This document shows, in pieces, positions 25,467-33,024 of a stretch of DNA of 33,024 nucleotides. How positions within the stretch are numbered: position 1 is the stretch's first letter; each line of letters starts with the position of its first letter. Both the position numbers and the translations under genes were made by a program. Source of the stretch: an uncultured Spirochaetales bacterium (GTDB taxonomy: Bacteria > Spirochaetota > GWE2-31-10 > JAFGQB01); NCBI GenBank assembly GCA_964646595.1, contig CAZYID010000007.1, forward strand, positions 1 through 33,024, read 5' to 3'. The notes under the pieces are model-generated. The model was not told the origin of the DNA. It saw only the letters and a list, made by a program, of their open reading frames with translations, and made no database searches.

Positions 25467-26868
25467 AGAAAATAGAATAAATCTTTTAATAATTGATGAT
25501 GAAAAAATAATAAGAGATGAAATAAAGGATTTTTTTAAAGATTATTCATATAATATTTATGAAGCTGATAAACCATCAGTTGCATTTAATATTTTAAAAA
25601 AGGAAACAATTGATATTATTATACTTGATATTAAGCTGCCGGAAATGGACGGAATTGAAGTGTTAAAAAAAATAAAATTAGAAAATGAAGATATTGAAGT
25701 AATAATGATCACTGGTCATGGTGAAAGTGAAGTTATGTTTGATGCAATGAAACAAGGAGCTTTTGATTTTTTTTATAAACCAATAAGTATTCTTGAAGTA
25801 ATGCATTCAATTGAAAGGACTAATAAATATATTAGCCTGAATAATAAATTTAAAAAATTAGAAGATAATTATAATATAATAAATAATAATTATAAAAGAA
25901 CATTTGATAATATTATTGGAGAAAGTGAAGCAATTAAAAGTGTAATAGATTTAACATTAAAAGCTGCAAAGTCTCCGGATAGTTCTGTTTTGATAACCGG
26001 AGAAAGCGGATCCGGGAAAGAATTAATAGCAAAAGCGCTTCATAGTGCAAGCAATAGAGCTTCAAATTTATTTTATCCGGTAAACTGTTCTGCTATTCCT
26101 GAAACACTTATTGAAAGTGAATTTTTTGGACATATGAAAGGAACATTTACAGGTGCAATTGAAGATAAAAAAGGAGTTTTTGAAGCTGCAAATGGCGGAA
26201 CTGTTTTTCTTGATGAAATTGGTGATATGCCGATTATAACACAAGCTAAATTATTAAGAGTATTGGAAGAAAAAAAAATTAAAAGAATTGGTTCAAATAG
26301 AGAGATTTTTGTAGATGTAAGAGTAGTGGCTGCGACAAATATGGATTTAAACGAAATGATTGAAAAAAAACAATTTCGTTCAGATTTATATTATAGATTA
26401 AATACTGTTGAAATTTTTATACCGCCTTTAAGAGAAAGAAAAGAAGATATTCCTTTATTGTTTACGCATTATGTGAATTTTTTTTCTAAAAAATTAAATA
26501 AAAAGTTTAAAAATATTGATGACAAAATTATTGATATATTAAAATTATATAACTTTCCGGGAAATATAAGAGAATTAATAAATATTATTGAAAGAGCAAT
26601 AATAATTTGTGATGATGATTTTTTAGGAGTTGAACATTTTTCAACACTAAATATTAATAATAAAAGTAATACTGGAAATTTAAACAATAATAGTATTGAT
26701 ATTCATACTTTGGAAAATTTGAATTTAAATATTATTAATAATCTTGAGAAAGAAATAATTTTAGAAGCATTAAAAAGAACTAAAAATAATAAATCAAAAG
26801 CTTCTGAGATATTAGGTGTTTCACGTTTTGCTTTGGATAGAAAATTAAAAAAGTATAATTTTGACTAG
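25459..26868 (+). CDS. Sigma-54-dependent response regulator (NtrC family: REC - AAA+ - Fis-type HTH)
   Basis: REC (LLIIDDE, IIILDIKLPEMDG, FFYKP). AAA+ Walker A GESGSGKE, GAFTGA-type loop GTFTGA, Walker B FLDEIG, RVVAATN. C-terminal HTH KSKASEILGVSRFALDRKLKKY. The start overlaps the kinase stop by 8 nt. Confidence 0.92.
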   Translation: MNEENRINLLIIDDEKIIRDEIKDFFKDYSYNIYEADKPSVAFNILKKETIDIIILDIKLPEMDGIEVLKKIKLENEDIEVIMITGHGESEVMFDAMKQGAFDFFYKPISILEVMHSIERTNKYISLNNKFKKLEDNYNIINNNYKRTFDNIIGESEAIKSVIDLTLKAAKSPDSSVLITGESGSGKELIAKALHSASNRASNLFYPVNCSAIPETLIESEFFGHMKGTFTGAIEDKKGVFEAANGGTVFLDEIGDMPIITQAKLLRVLEEKKIKRIGSNREIFVDVRVVAATNMDLNEMIEKKQFRSDLYYRLNTVEIFIPPLRERKEDIPLLFTHYVNFFSKKLNKKFKNIDDKIIDILKLYNFPGNIRELINIIERAIIICDDDFLGVEHFSTLNINNKSNTGNLNNNSIDIHTLENLNLNIINNLEKEIILEALKRTKNNKSKASEILGVSRFALDRKLKKYNFD

Positions 26869-26882
26869 AAAATTGTATAAAT

Positions 26883-26916
26883 TTCGCACGTTTTTATTGC
26901 TTTTTCCGCACATTTT
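26883..26916 (+). promoter_or_regulatory. Candidate upstream activator sequence: two direct TTYCGCACRTTTTT repeats
   Basis: TTTCGCACGTTTTT (26883..26896) and TTCCGCACATTTTT (26905..26918). The CGCAC cores are 22 bp apart, ~130-150 bp upstream of the sigma-54 promoter at 27038. They are the only GC-rich words in the spacer. Confidence 0.3.
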
Positions 26917-27037
26917 TTTTTATTTATCAATATTTTAAAATAATCTTTTTTTTAAAATAATTTTCTATTTCGTTTTATATCAATTAGTTAGAAGTCTTTT
27001 TATAAAATTTTTTTACCTATTTATATTAAAATTTTAT

Positions 27038-27053
27038 TGGCATAAATCATGCT
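27038..27053 (+). promoter_or_regulatory. Sigma-54 (-24/-12) promoter for the REC-REC-PDC-MCP operon
   Basis: TGGCATAAATCATGCT has GG and GC at the canonical spacing (TGGCA-N7-TGC). It lies 30 nt upstream of the ATG at 27083 and immediately downstream of a sigma-54 activator gene. Confidence 0.6.
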
Positions 27054-27082
27054 TTATAATTTTTGAATCTTAAGGAGATAAA

Positions 27083-27469
27083 ATGAAGGTTTTATTAATT
27101 GATGAAAATGCTAAATATTATATATTTTTAAAACATGAACTTAAAAAATTAACTAATTTAAGTATAACTTTATTAGATATAAATCCTTATAAAGCTTTAG
27201 AATTAATTACACAAGAAGGTTTTCATCTTGTAATTATTAATCGAAATAATTCAACAATAAATGACATAGTATTGCATAAGAAAATTAAAGAGTTGAATTC
27301 AAAGACAAATGTAATCTTTAATAATTCAACTTATAATGTAAAACATAAAATAGATATAATTAAAAATATAATTCAAAAGTTTTATACAAAATTTAATCAT
27401 AAATCCATTTCTCAAGAGATTGAACTTTTAAAAAGATTTAATAATTTTGACAGGATAAAAGAATTATGA
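27083..27469 (+). CDS. Receiver-like (pseudo-receiver) single-domain protein lacking the phospho-acceptor Asp
   Basis: SD AAGGAG. Beta1 reads KVLLIDEN. At the beta3 position where D is expected, the sequence reads HLVIINRNN. The downstream T/K signature positions are not recognisable. Confidence 0.55.
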   Translation: MKVLLIDENAKYYIFLKHELKKLTNLSITLLDINPYKALELITQEGFHLVIINRNNSTINDIVLHKKIKELNSKTNVIFNNSTYNVKHKIDIIKNIIQKFYTKFNHKSISQEIELLKRFNNFDRIKEL

Positions 27470-27831
27470 AAATATTAATTATTGATGAAGATATTGTTTA
27501 TCTTGATTTAATTAAAAAACATCTTCATGACTGTTGTGATGAAATTGTTACAGAATCAAATCCTTTATCTATTATATTTGATCCAATAAATATTGGTGAT
27601 TATAATGTGATAATAATTGATATAAAGATTAAAGGCCTAAATGGGGCAATGCTTATACAAAAAATAAGAGAATTAAAACCAGATATTCATATAATTGTTC
27701 ATACTTCAGATGAAAATAATAATGTAAGAATAGATGCTAAAAATAGTGGTGCAGATACTTTTTTTGTTAAACCGGGACATTTGTCTATTTTGCAATATCT
27801 CAATAAATTAAAAGAAGAGTTAAAAGAATAA
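27466..27831 (+). CDS. CheY-like single-domain response regulator (canonical receiver)
   Basis: KILIIDED (acidic pair), VIIIDIKIKGLNG (phospho-acceptor D), IIVHTS (T) and FFVKP (K). ATGA overlap with the preceding ORF. Confidence 0.8.
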   Translation: MKILIIDEDIVYLDLIKKHLHDCCDEIVTESNPLSIIFDPINIGDYNVIIIDIKIKGLNGAMLIQKIRELKPDIHIIVHTSDENNNVRIDAKNSGADTFFVKPGHLSILQYLNKLKEELKE

Positions 27832-27923
27832 AATAAAATTAAAAAATAGGACTTGAGTAAACTGATATTTTACATAGAATAACAAATTCTATGATTAATA
27901 TAAATAATATAAGGAGGCTGTTT

Positions 27924-28478
27924 ATGAAAAATCAATTTATTATTATACTACTAATTGTATGTTTTGTTTCGGTAAATCTAATTTATGGAGAAAAAGCATC
28001 TCAAAAAGTAGTTGATTTATCAAAAGACCTAGTTAAATATGGTACTAGTTCTGTTATTGTAAAAGCAGTAAAAGCACAAAATGCTCAAAAACTCACACTG
28101 AACGAAATTAAGAAAAAAGATGAAGAATGGAAAAAAACACCCGGTATTTCTTCTTTTATGAAGTCTTTATTTGATAATGAATGCAGTAAATATCTTTCAA
28201 AACTTCAAGATCAATTAGGTTATTGTTCAGAAATTTTTGTTATGGATAATCAAGGAGCAAATGTTGCATTATCTGAAAAAACATCAGATTACTGGCAGGG
28301 TGATGAAGCCAAATTTACTGAATCATTTAATAGCGGTAGAGGTGGAATACATATTAGTGATGTAGAATTTGATACAAGTTCTCAAGCATATTTAGTACAA
28401 ATTTCGGTTCCAGTTAAAGATGGCGGCAAAGTTATTGGAGCAATAACTTTTGGAGTAGATGTAGATAAGGTTAAATAA
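27924..28478 (+). CDS. Secreted stand-alone PDC/Cache-like sensor-domain protein
   Basis: The preferred start at 27924 (MKNQFIIILLIVCFVSVNLIYG signal peptide) has AAGGAGG 7 nt upstream; the track start 27891 lacks an SD. The core EIFVMDNQGANVALSEKTSDYWQGDEAKF...GGIHISDVEFDTSSQAYLVQISVPVKDGGKVIGAITFGV matches the periplasmic PDC-type sensor pattern normally fused to kinases, MCPs or cyclases. Confidence 0.6.
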   Translation: MKNQFIIILLIVCFVSVNLIYGEKASQKVVDLSKDLVKYGTSSVIVKAVKAQNAQKLTLNEIKKKDEEWKKTPGISSFMKSLFDNECSKYLSKLQDQLGYCSEIFVMDNQGANVALSEKTSDYWQGDEAKFTESFNSGRGGIHISDVEFDTSSQAYLVQISVPVKDGGKVIGAITFGVDVDKVK

Positions 28479-28485
28479 TTTTAAT

Positions 28486-28516
28486 TCAGAGTCTGTTTTT
28501 TTAAAACAGACTCTGA
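28486..28516 (+). terminator. Intercistronic stem-loop (possible attenuator or processing site) before the MCP gene
   Basis: TCAGAGTCTGTTTT / AAAACAGACTCTGA are perfect 14-nt complements separated by TTT, followed by AAAATTTT rather than a clean T-run. Confidence 0.4.
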
Positions 28517-28542
28517 AAATTTTATAATTTAGGGAGACAATA

Positions 28543-30375
28543 ATGAAATTTTTTAATAATTTAAAAATAAATATAAAATTAACAATAGGCTTTTTTGTAA
28601 TTATTGTTCTTATGTTTATTATAGGAATTGTAAGTATTACAAGTCTTAATGATGTATTTACTAAAAAAATACCGGCTATTGATTATTTAATTGAAACTGA
28701 CAGGGATTTACAGCAACTTTTAGTTTCAGAAAGATCAATGATTTTTTCAGATTCAAAATCTGAAGTTTTCACAAGTTTAAAAGCTGATTACAATGAAAAT
28801 TTACAGCAATCACAAGAAAGATGGGAAAAATATAAAGCTTTAGCTTCTTCTAAAGAGGAAAAAGCATTATTTTCTGATTATGAAGCTGCACGAAAAGAAT
28901 GGGAAGTATTAACTTCTCAAATAGTTAATGGTAGAGTTGAAGACACAAGAGAAGGCAGATCATTGGCAATTGATTTAACTCTTGGTATGGCAAAAGAAAA
29001 ATTTGAAGTAATGAGAAATGTTCTTGATGAATTGACTATTATAAATTTAGCTTTAGTTGAAAAAACAAAGAAAATCCTTTTATTAACATTACTATCTATT
29101 TTATTAATTAGTGTATCAGCCGGGATTTTACTTGCCTTAACAATAAGCAGAAGTATAACAAAACCGCTTTCAAAAGTTGTAAAAGCAGGTAAAAAGATTG
29201 CATTAGGGCAATTCCCAGATGAAGAAATAAATGTAGACAGTAAGGATGAAATAGGTATTTTAGCAAATGTTTTTGATAAAATTGTGACAAATTTTAGAAA
29301 TAAAGGTGATGAATTAACAAAAATAGCTGATGGAGATTTAACTGTACAGGTTAAATACGAATCTGGAAAAGATCAATTTGCACAAACTTTTGATAAGATG
29401 TTAAATTCTTTGAATAGTTCTTTATCAACTGTAAACAGTACGATAGAACAGGTTGCTGCCGGATCAAATCAGGTTGCACAAGCAAGCCAATTTTTATCAC
29501 AAGGAGCATCAGAGCAGGCAAGTTCTTTGGAAGAGGTTACTTCTTCAATTGTTGAGATTTCTAATCAAGCAAGGCAAAATGCAGAAAACGCTGAAAATGG
29601 AAATGTTCAAATGAAAGAACTAGTAATTGCAATGGACAGTATCAATAAGAGTGCTGATGAGATAAAAAGAATAGTAAAAGTAATTGACGATATAGCGTTT
29701 CAGACAAATTTATTAGCTTTAAATGCTAATGTTGAAGCAGCAAGAGCAGGTAAATATGGTAAAGGATTTGCAGTTGTTGCAGAAGAGGTTAGAAATTTAG
29801 CCTCCAGAAGTGCAGCAAGTGTACAGGAAACAACAACAATGGTTGAAGAGACAATTAAAAATATTAATTCAGGGAATAGCCTTGTTGAAGTAACAGCAAA
29901 ACAGTTAGAAGAAATAGTTGTTGCAAGTAAAGAACAGACAGAAGGACTTAATCAAATAAATACTGGATTAAGTCAGATTGATCAGGTAACACAAGCAAAT
30001 ACAGCAAATGCAGAAGAGTCTGCTTCTGCAGCAGAAGAACTAGCCAGTCAATCTCAGCAATTAAAAACAATTATTGCAAGATTTAAGTTTTCAGATTCAT
30101 TTTTGGATGATATACAAAATAATGATAATATATCCGATGATTTAATAAAAAGAATAAAAGAAGAGATTTTAAAAGCACAGAGTAAAAAAGCAAACAAAAA
30201 GAACAGTTTAGATGAATTAGATGAATATAAAAAAACAGGAAAAAATAAAAAGAATCAGAAAAAAATATCTCATTCAAGTCAGGCTGAAGTTAATGAAGTT
30301 GATATGAAAGAAAATATTACTGTTAATCCAAAAAAAGTAATAAATCTTGACGATGAAGATTTTGAAAACTTTTAG
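28543..30375 (+). CDS. Methyl-accepting chemotaxis protein (4-helix-bundle sensor, HAMP, MA domain, long K-rich tail ending DFENF)
   Basis: TM1 and a ~150-aa helical periplasmic domain, TM2, then HAMP ([20 protein letters not shown]...[14 protein letters not shown]). Signalling hairpin core [44 protein letters not shown]. Confidence 0.92.
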   Translation: MKFFNNLKINIKLTIGFFVIIVLMFIIGIVSITSLNDVFTKKIPAIDYLIETDRDLQQLLVSERSMIFSDSKSEVFTSLKADYNENLQQSQERWEKYKALASSKEEKALFSDYEAARKEWEVLTSQIVNGRVEDTREGRSLAIDLTLGMAKEKFEVMRNVLDELTIINLALVEKTKKILLLTLLSILLISVSAGILLALTISRSITKPLSKVVKAGKKIALGQFPDEEINVDSKDEIGILANVFDKIVTNFRNKGDELTKIADGDLTVQVKYESGKDQFAQTFDKMLNSLNSSLSTVNSTIEQVAAGSNQVAQASQFLSQGASEQASSLEEVTSSIVEISNQARQNAENAENGNVQMKELVIAMDSINKSADEIKRIVKVIDDIAFQTNLLALNANVEAARAGKYGKGFAVVAEEVRNLASRSAASVQETTTMVEETIKNINSGNSLVEVTAKQLEEIVVASKEQTEGLNQINTGLSQIDQVTQANTANAEESASAAEELASQSQQLKTIIARFKFSDSFLDDIQNNDNISDDLIKRIKEEILKAQSKKANKKNSLDELDEYKKTGKNKKNQKKISHSSQAEVNEVDMKENITVNPKKVINLDDEDFENF

Positions 30376-30402
30376 CTAAATGATTTGTTATTAAAAATTT
30401 AT

Positions 30403-30430
30403 AACGAATAGTAATTGATTGCTATTCGTT
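30403..30430 (+). other. Stem-loop downstream of the MCP gene
   Basis: AACGAATAG / CTATTCGTT form a 9-bp stem with a 10-nt loop. No T-run follows. Confidence 0.4.
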
Positions 30431-30452
30431 GTTAAGTCTCATATTATACCTC

Positions 30453-30487
30453 GCCTTCATTGGAATATCCAGTGAAGGCATTTTTTT
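30453..30487 (+). terminator. Rho-independent terminator of the MCP operon
   Basis: GCCTTCATTGG / CCAGTGAAGGC form an 11-bp stem (one G-U) with a 5-nt loop, followed by A + T7 (30480..30487). Confidence 0.7.
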
Positions 30488-30531
30488 AATAAAAAGAATA
30501 TATTTTTATTCATTGATAAAATTTTAATGAT

Positions 30532-30662
30532 AAGCTCTATCCCCTTCAATGTCATTGCGAGAGTTGAAAGATCGAAGCAATCTATTATTAAATAGTAATA
30601 AAGTAATAAATATAGATTGCTTCACTATGCTCGCAAAGACGAAATAATTAAGCTCTGTCTCC
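30532..30662 (+). repeat. Intergenic repeat element, copy 2: two inverted ATTGCGAG/CTCGCAA units flanked by direct AAGCTCTATCCCC / AAGCTCTGTCTCC motifs
   Basis: Left motif at 30532..30544. Unit L: GTCATTGCGAG-N12-GAAGCAATCT (30551..30583). Unit R: AGATTGCTTC-N6-CTCGCAAAGAC (30614..30640) plus GAAATAA. Right motif at 30650..30662. L and R are reverse complements (10/10 and 10/11 bp). Unit R plus its motif parallels 9941..9987. Confidence 0.8.
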
Positions 30663-30676
30663 ATGTATTTAGTATT

Positions 30677-31498
30677 TTACTCATTGATAAATTTTTCTAA
30701 AGTTTTACTGATTTTATTTTTATTTAAATACAAAAAATCATTATGGCCGCCTGTGGATTCGTAAAATTGTTTTGGTTGCCCGGCTTTTTTAAAAAGTTTT
30801 TGTCCCATTGAGAATGGAATGATTTCATCATCAACACTATGAATGATAAGTTTGGGGCAATTTATTTTTTCAATTTTATTTATAGAATCAAATTTAACAG
30901 ATAAAAATAAACCTGCAGGTACATAAGGCATAATAATTTTACTCATTTCCTTTGCAGATGTTAAGCCGCTGTCCACAATAAGTTTCGAAATATTTACTTT
31001 TGATGAAAGATCTACAGCAGCTGTTGTACCTATTGATTTACCATAAACAATGATATCATCAGGATTAATTTTTTTTTGATTAATTAAGTATTCATATGAA
31101 GATAAAGCATCTATATATATCCCTTTTTCTGAAGGCTTGCCTTTACTTTTTCCATAACCGCGATAATCAATTATAAAAACATTCATTCCCAGTTTTGATA
31201 ACATCTCAATAATATCTATCCTGTGGCTGATATTCCCTGCATTACCATGGAAAAAAAGAATTGTTTTTGAATTTGAATTGATTGGAATAAACCATCCATG
31301 TATTTTTACTTTATCTTTGGTTACTAGATAAATATCTTCATATTTAAGTCCAATACTTGAAGGATTTGTTTCCAGTTCTTTAAAAGGGTGAAATATAAGT
31401 TTTTTTTCATAATATTTTATAAAGAGGAAAATTAGAAATATAATAATAAAAAAGATAATTAAAATTTGCAGCATAATATTCATTATATTATTTTTCAT
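30677..31498 (-). CDS. Alpha/beta hydrolase with an N-terminal membrane anchor
   Basis: N-terminal TM (ILIIFFIIIFLIFLFI), oxyanion-region HGNAGN, nucleophile elbow GKSIGT (GxSxG), and a late D and H (HSVDDEI, GGHND). Confidence 0.8.
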   Translation of the reverse strand: MKNNIMNIMLQILIIFFIIIFLIFLFIKYYEKKLIFHPFKELETNPSSIGLKYEDIYLVTKDKVKIHGWFIPINSNSKTILFFHGNAGNISHRIDIIEMLSKLGMNVFIIDYRGYGKSKGKPSEKGIYIDALSSYEYLINQKKINPDDIIVYGKSIGTTAAVDLSSKVNISKLIVDSGLTSAKEMSKIIMPYVPAGLFLSVKFDSINKIEKINCPKLIIHSVDDEIIPFSMGQKLFKKAGQPKQFYESTGGHNDFLYLNKNKISKTLEKFINE

Positions 31499-32777
31499 TT
31501 AAATTATAATTATATTCTTTGACTTTTAACAGTAATATTGCCCCGAGTGTAAAAAAGAACAAAAGACTTAATATTCCATATTTAGAATGACCGGTAATTC
31601 TTGTAAATATTCCAAGAATAAATGGACCCAGTATTATTGAAAACTTTCCAAAGATATTATAAAAACCAAAAAACTCCGTTGCTCTTTCCCTTGGTATAAT
31701 TTTACTGAATAATGATCTGCTTAGTGCTTGAATACCTCCTTGAGAGGTAGCAACAAGAAATGCAAGAATCCAGAAAAAAATGATTTTTAAATTTATAGTC
31801 GGCATTGACGGTAAAAAAAAACCTATTATAGTAATTATAGAATAAATACAAATACCTATAAATATCATTATTTTAGGAGATTTTTTTTGAGCGAGTTTGC
31901 CATACATAAGAGTAAATGGGAATGCAATAATTTGAATAAATAAAATTGCAGTGATTAGTGTAATTTGATCTAGTCCGATATCTCTGCCGTATGCAGTTGC
32001 CATACTGAAGATTGTGTGTATACCGTCAATGTAAAAAAAATAAGATAATAAAAATATTAATATTATTTTATTTTTAAAAATTTCTAAAAAAGTATTAAAT
32101 AATCTTTTAAAAGAGTCTTTTAAAAAATGCGAATTATTTTCAACAAAGTAAATTTGTTTAACATTTTTTATCATAGGAATAGAAAAAATAAACCACCATA
32201 CAACAACAATAATAAAACTTATTTTTGAAGGAATAATTGGAATTAATTTTGATTTGTTCATTATTTGTATTGGAATAATAATTGCAATAACCAGTAAAAA
32301 GGGAATCACACTTCCAATGTATCCTAATCCAAAACCAATTGAGGATAACCAGTCCAATCTTTCTTTTTTTGTAACATCAACTAGAAATGCATCATAAAAG
32401 AGGTTTGCTCCAGACCATCCTATCCTGGCTAACATAAATATAATTAAACATTTTAACCAGTCTCCTTCATTGATAGTTGTAAATAAAAGAGTAAATAATA
32501 TTCCAAAAAATAAAAAAAATACAAACAGCCTTTTTTTGTTGTTTTTTAGACTTCCAACTGCTCCCATAAAAGGTGATAATACTGCAATAATTGATGAAGC
32601 CAGAGCATTGGCAAATCCCCAGTTTGAAGTTGAAATGGATCCATCAATACCTTTAGATGCAATGTCTTTAAAATATATTTGAAAAATAGTAGTAATAATG
32701 ATTAAAACAAAAGCGGAGTTTGCAACATCATACAATGCCCAGCTTATTTCTTGTTTTGTAAATTTAAATTTTATCAT
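31488..32777 (-). CDS. MFS transporter, UMF1/Atg22-like family
   Basis: ~12 predicted TM helices. The N-terminal signature EISWALYDVANSAFVLIIITTIFQIYF is typical of UMF1-type MFS proteins. It overlaps the downstream hydrolase start by 11 nt, indicating an operon. Confidence 0.75.
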   Translation of the reverse strand: MIKFKFTKQEISWALYDVANSAFVLIIITTIFQIYFKDIASKGIDGSISTSNWGFANALASSIIAVLSPFMGAVGSLKNNKKRLFVFFLFFGILFTLLFTTINEGDWLKCLIIFMLARIGWSGANLFYDAFLVDVTKKERLDWLSSIGFGLGYIGSVIPFLLVIAIIIPIQIMNKSKLIPIIPSKISFIIVVVWWFIFSIPMIKNVKQIYFVENNSHFLKDSFKRLFNTFLEIFKNKIILIFLLSYFFYIDGIHTIFSMATAYGRDIGLDQITLITAILFIQIIAFPFTLMYGKLAQKKSPKIMIFIGICIYSIITIIGFFLPSMPTINLKIIFFWILAFLVATSQGGIQALSRSLFSKIIPRERATEFFGFYNIFGKFSIILGPFILGIFTRITGHSKYGILSLLFFFTLGAILLLKVKEYNYNLNEK

Positions 32778-32789
32778 AGTTATTTTTAC

Positions 32790-32972
32790 TTAACCTGCAT
32801 TTCTCACAAGCCCTTGGTTTGAAAGTTGTATCTTTTGCCCTGATAAGTATTTACTTCTGCACTCGATTCTCACATAATGTAATTATACTGCGAGTCTCGT
32901 TTAGTCGTAAATCCTTATCAGAACAAAATCTACTGCGTTTCAATCTCAAGGTTTGTGAGAAAAGCGGGTTAA
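32790..32972 (+). repeat. 183-nt near-palindromic repeat element, copy B
   Basis: Same length and orientation as 18218..18400, with 12 substitutions. It starts 12 nt from the MFS start codon (32775..32777, minus strand). Confidence 0.85.
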
Positions 32973-33024
32973 TATATAAATGATATTAAAAATTTTAAAA
33001 AATTAAAAGATTAATTTTTAATTG

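Noticed and set aside
27891-27923. Upstream ATG (27891) given by the ORF track for the PDC-like protein.
   Set aside because: It has no SD and adds 11 residues (MININNIRRLF) before a perfect signal peptide. The ATG at 27924 has AAGGAGG 7 nt upstream.

Overview
Visibly AT-rich bacterial chromosomal window. By eye I found no rRNA, tRNA, CRISPR array, transposase, integrase or phage genes. Left third: a class III ribonucleotide reductase locus. nrdD is 5'-partial and split, so its glycyl-radical domain sits on a second ORF fused to a thioredoxin-like CxxC domain; nrdG follows. Next comes an envelope-type cluster (TPR protein, TPR-NHL-vWA-like protein, murD, a large NodB/polysaccharide-deacetylase-domain protein). 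Then grpE-dnaK-dnaJ, preceded by a near-consensus sigma-54 (-24/-12) promoter and no CIRCE operator. Middle: a 2-TM HAMP-like protein, a DUF362/4Fe-4S protein, a YjbQ-family protein, a 38-aa Cys-rich ORF missing from the ORF track, pdxB, a secreted hypothetical, a 4x DUF350-like membrane protein, an ATC-hydrolase-like/HDAC-family pair and another secreted hypothetical. Right third: a signalling module. A triple-PAS sensor kinase is translationally coupled to an NtrC-type sigma-54 activator. A second sigma-54 promoter then precedes a pseudo-receiver, a CheY-like receiver, a secreted PDC/Cache-like protein and a 4HB-HAMP chemoreceptor. A convergent MFS(UMF1)/alpha-beta-hydrolase operon closes the window. 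The most unusual signals are non-coding. (i) A 183-nt, almost fully self-complementary element occurs twice in direct orientation (18218..18400 and 32790..32972, 171/183 identical) with some structure-preserving substitutions. (ii) A second intergenic repeat family is built from an 11-13 nt motif (AAGCTCTGTCCCC) that flanks GC-rich ATTGCGAG/CTCGCAA-type palindromic units and also occurs as solo sites. No canonical defence or mobile-element genes are visible. All functional calls rest on motif recognition by eye, not on searches.
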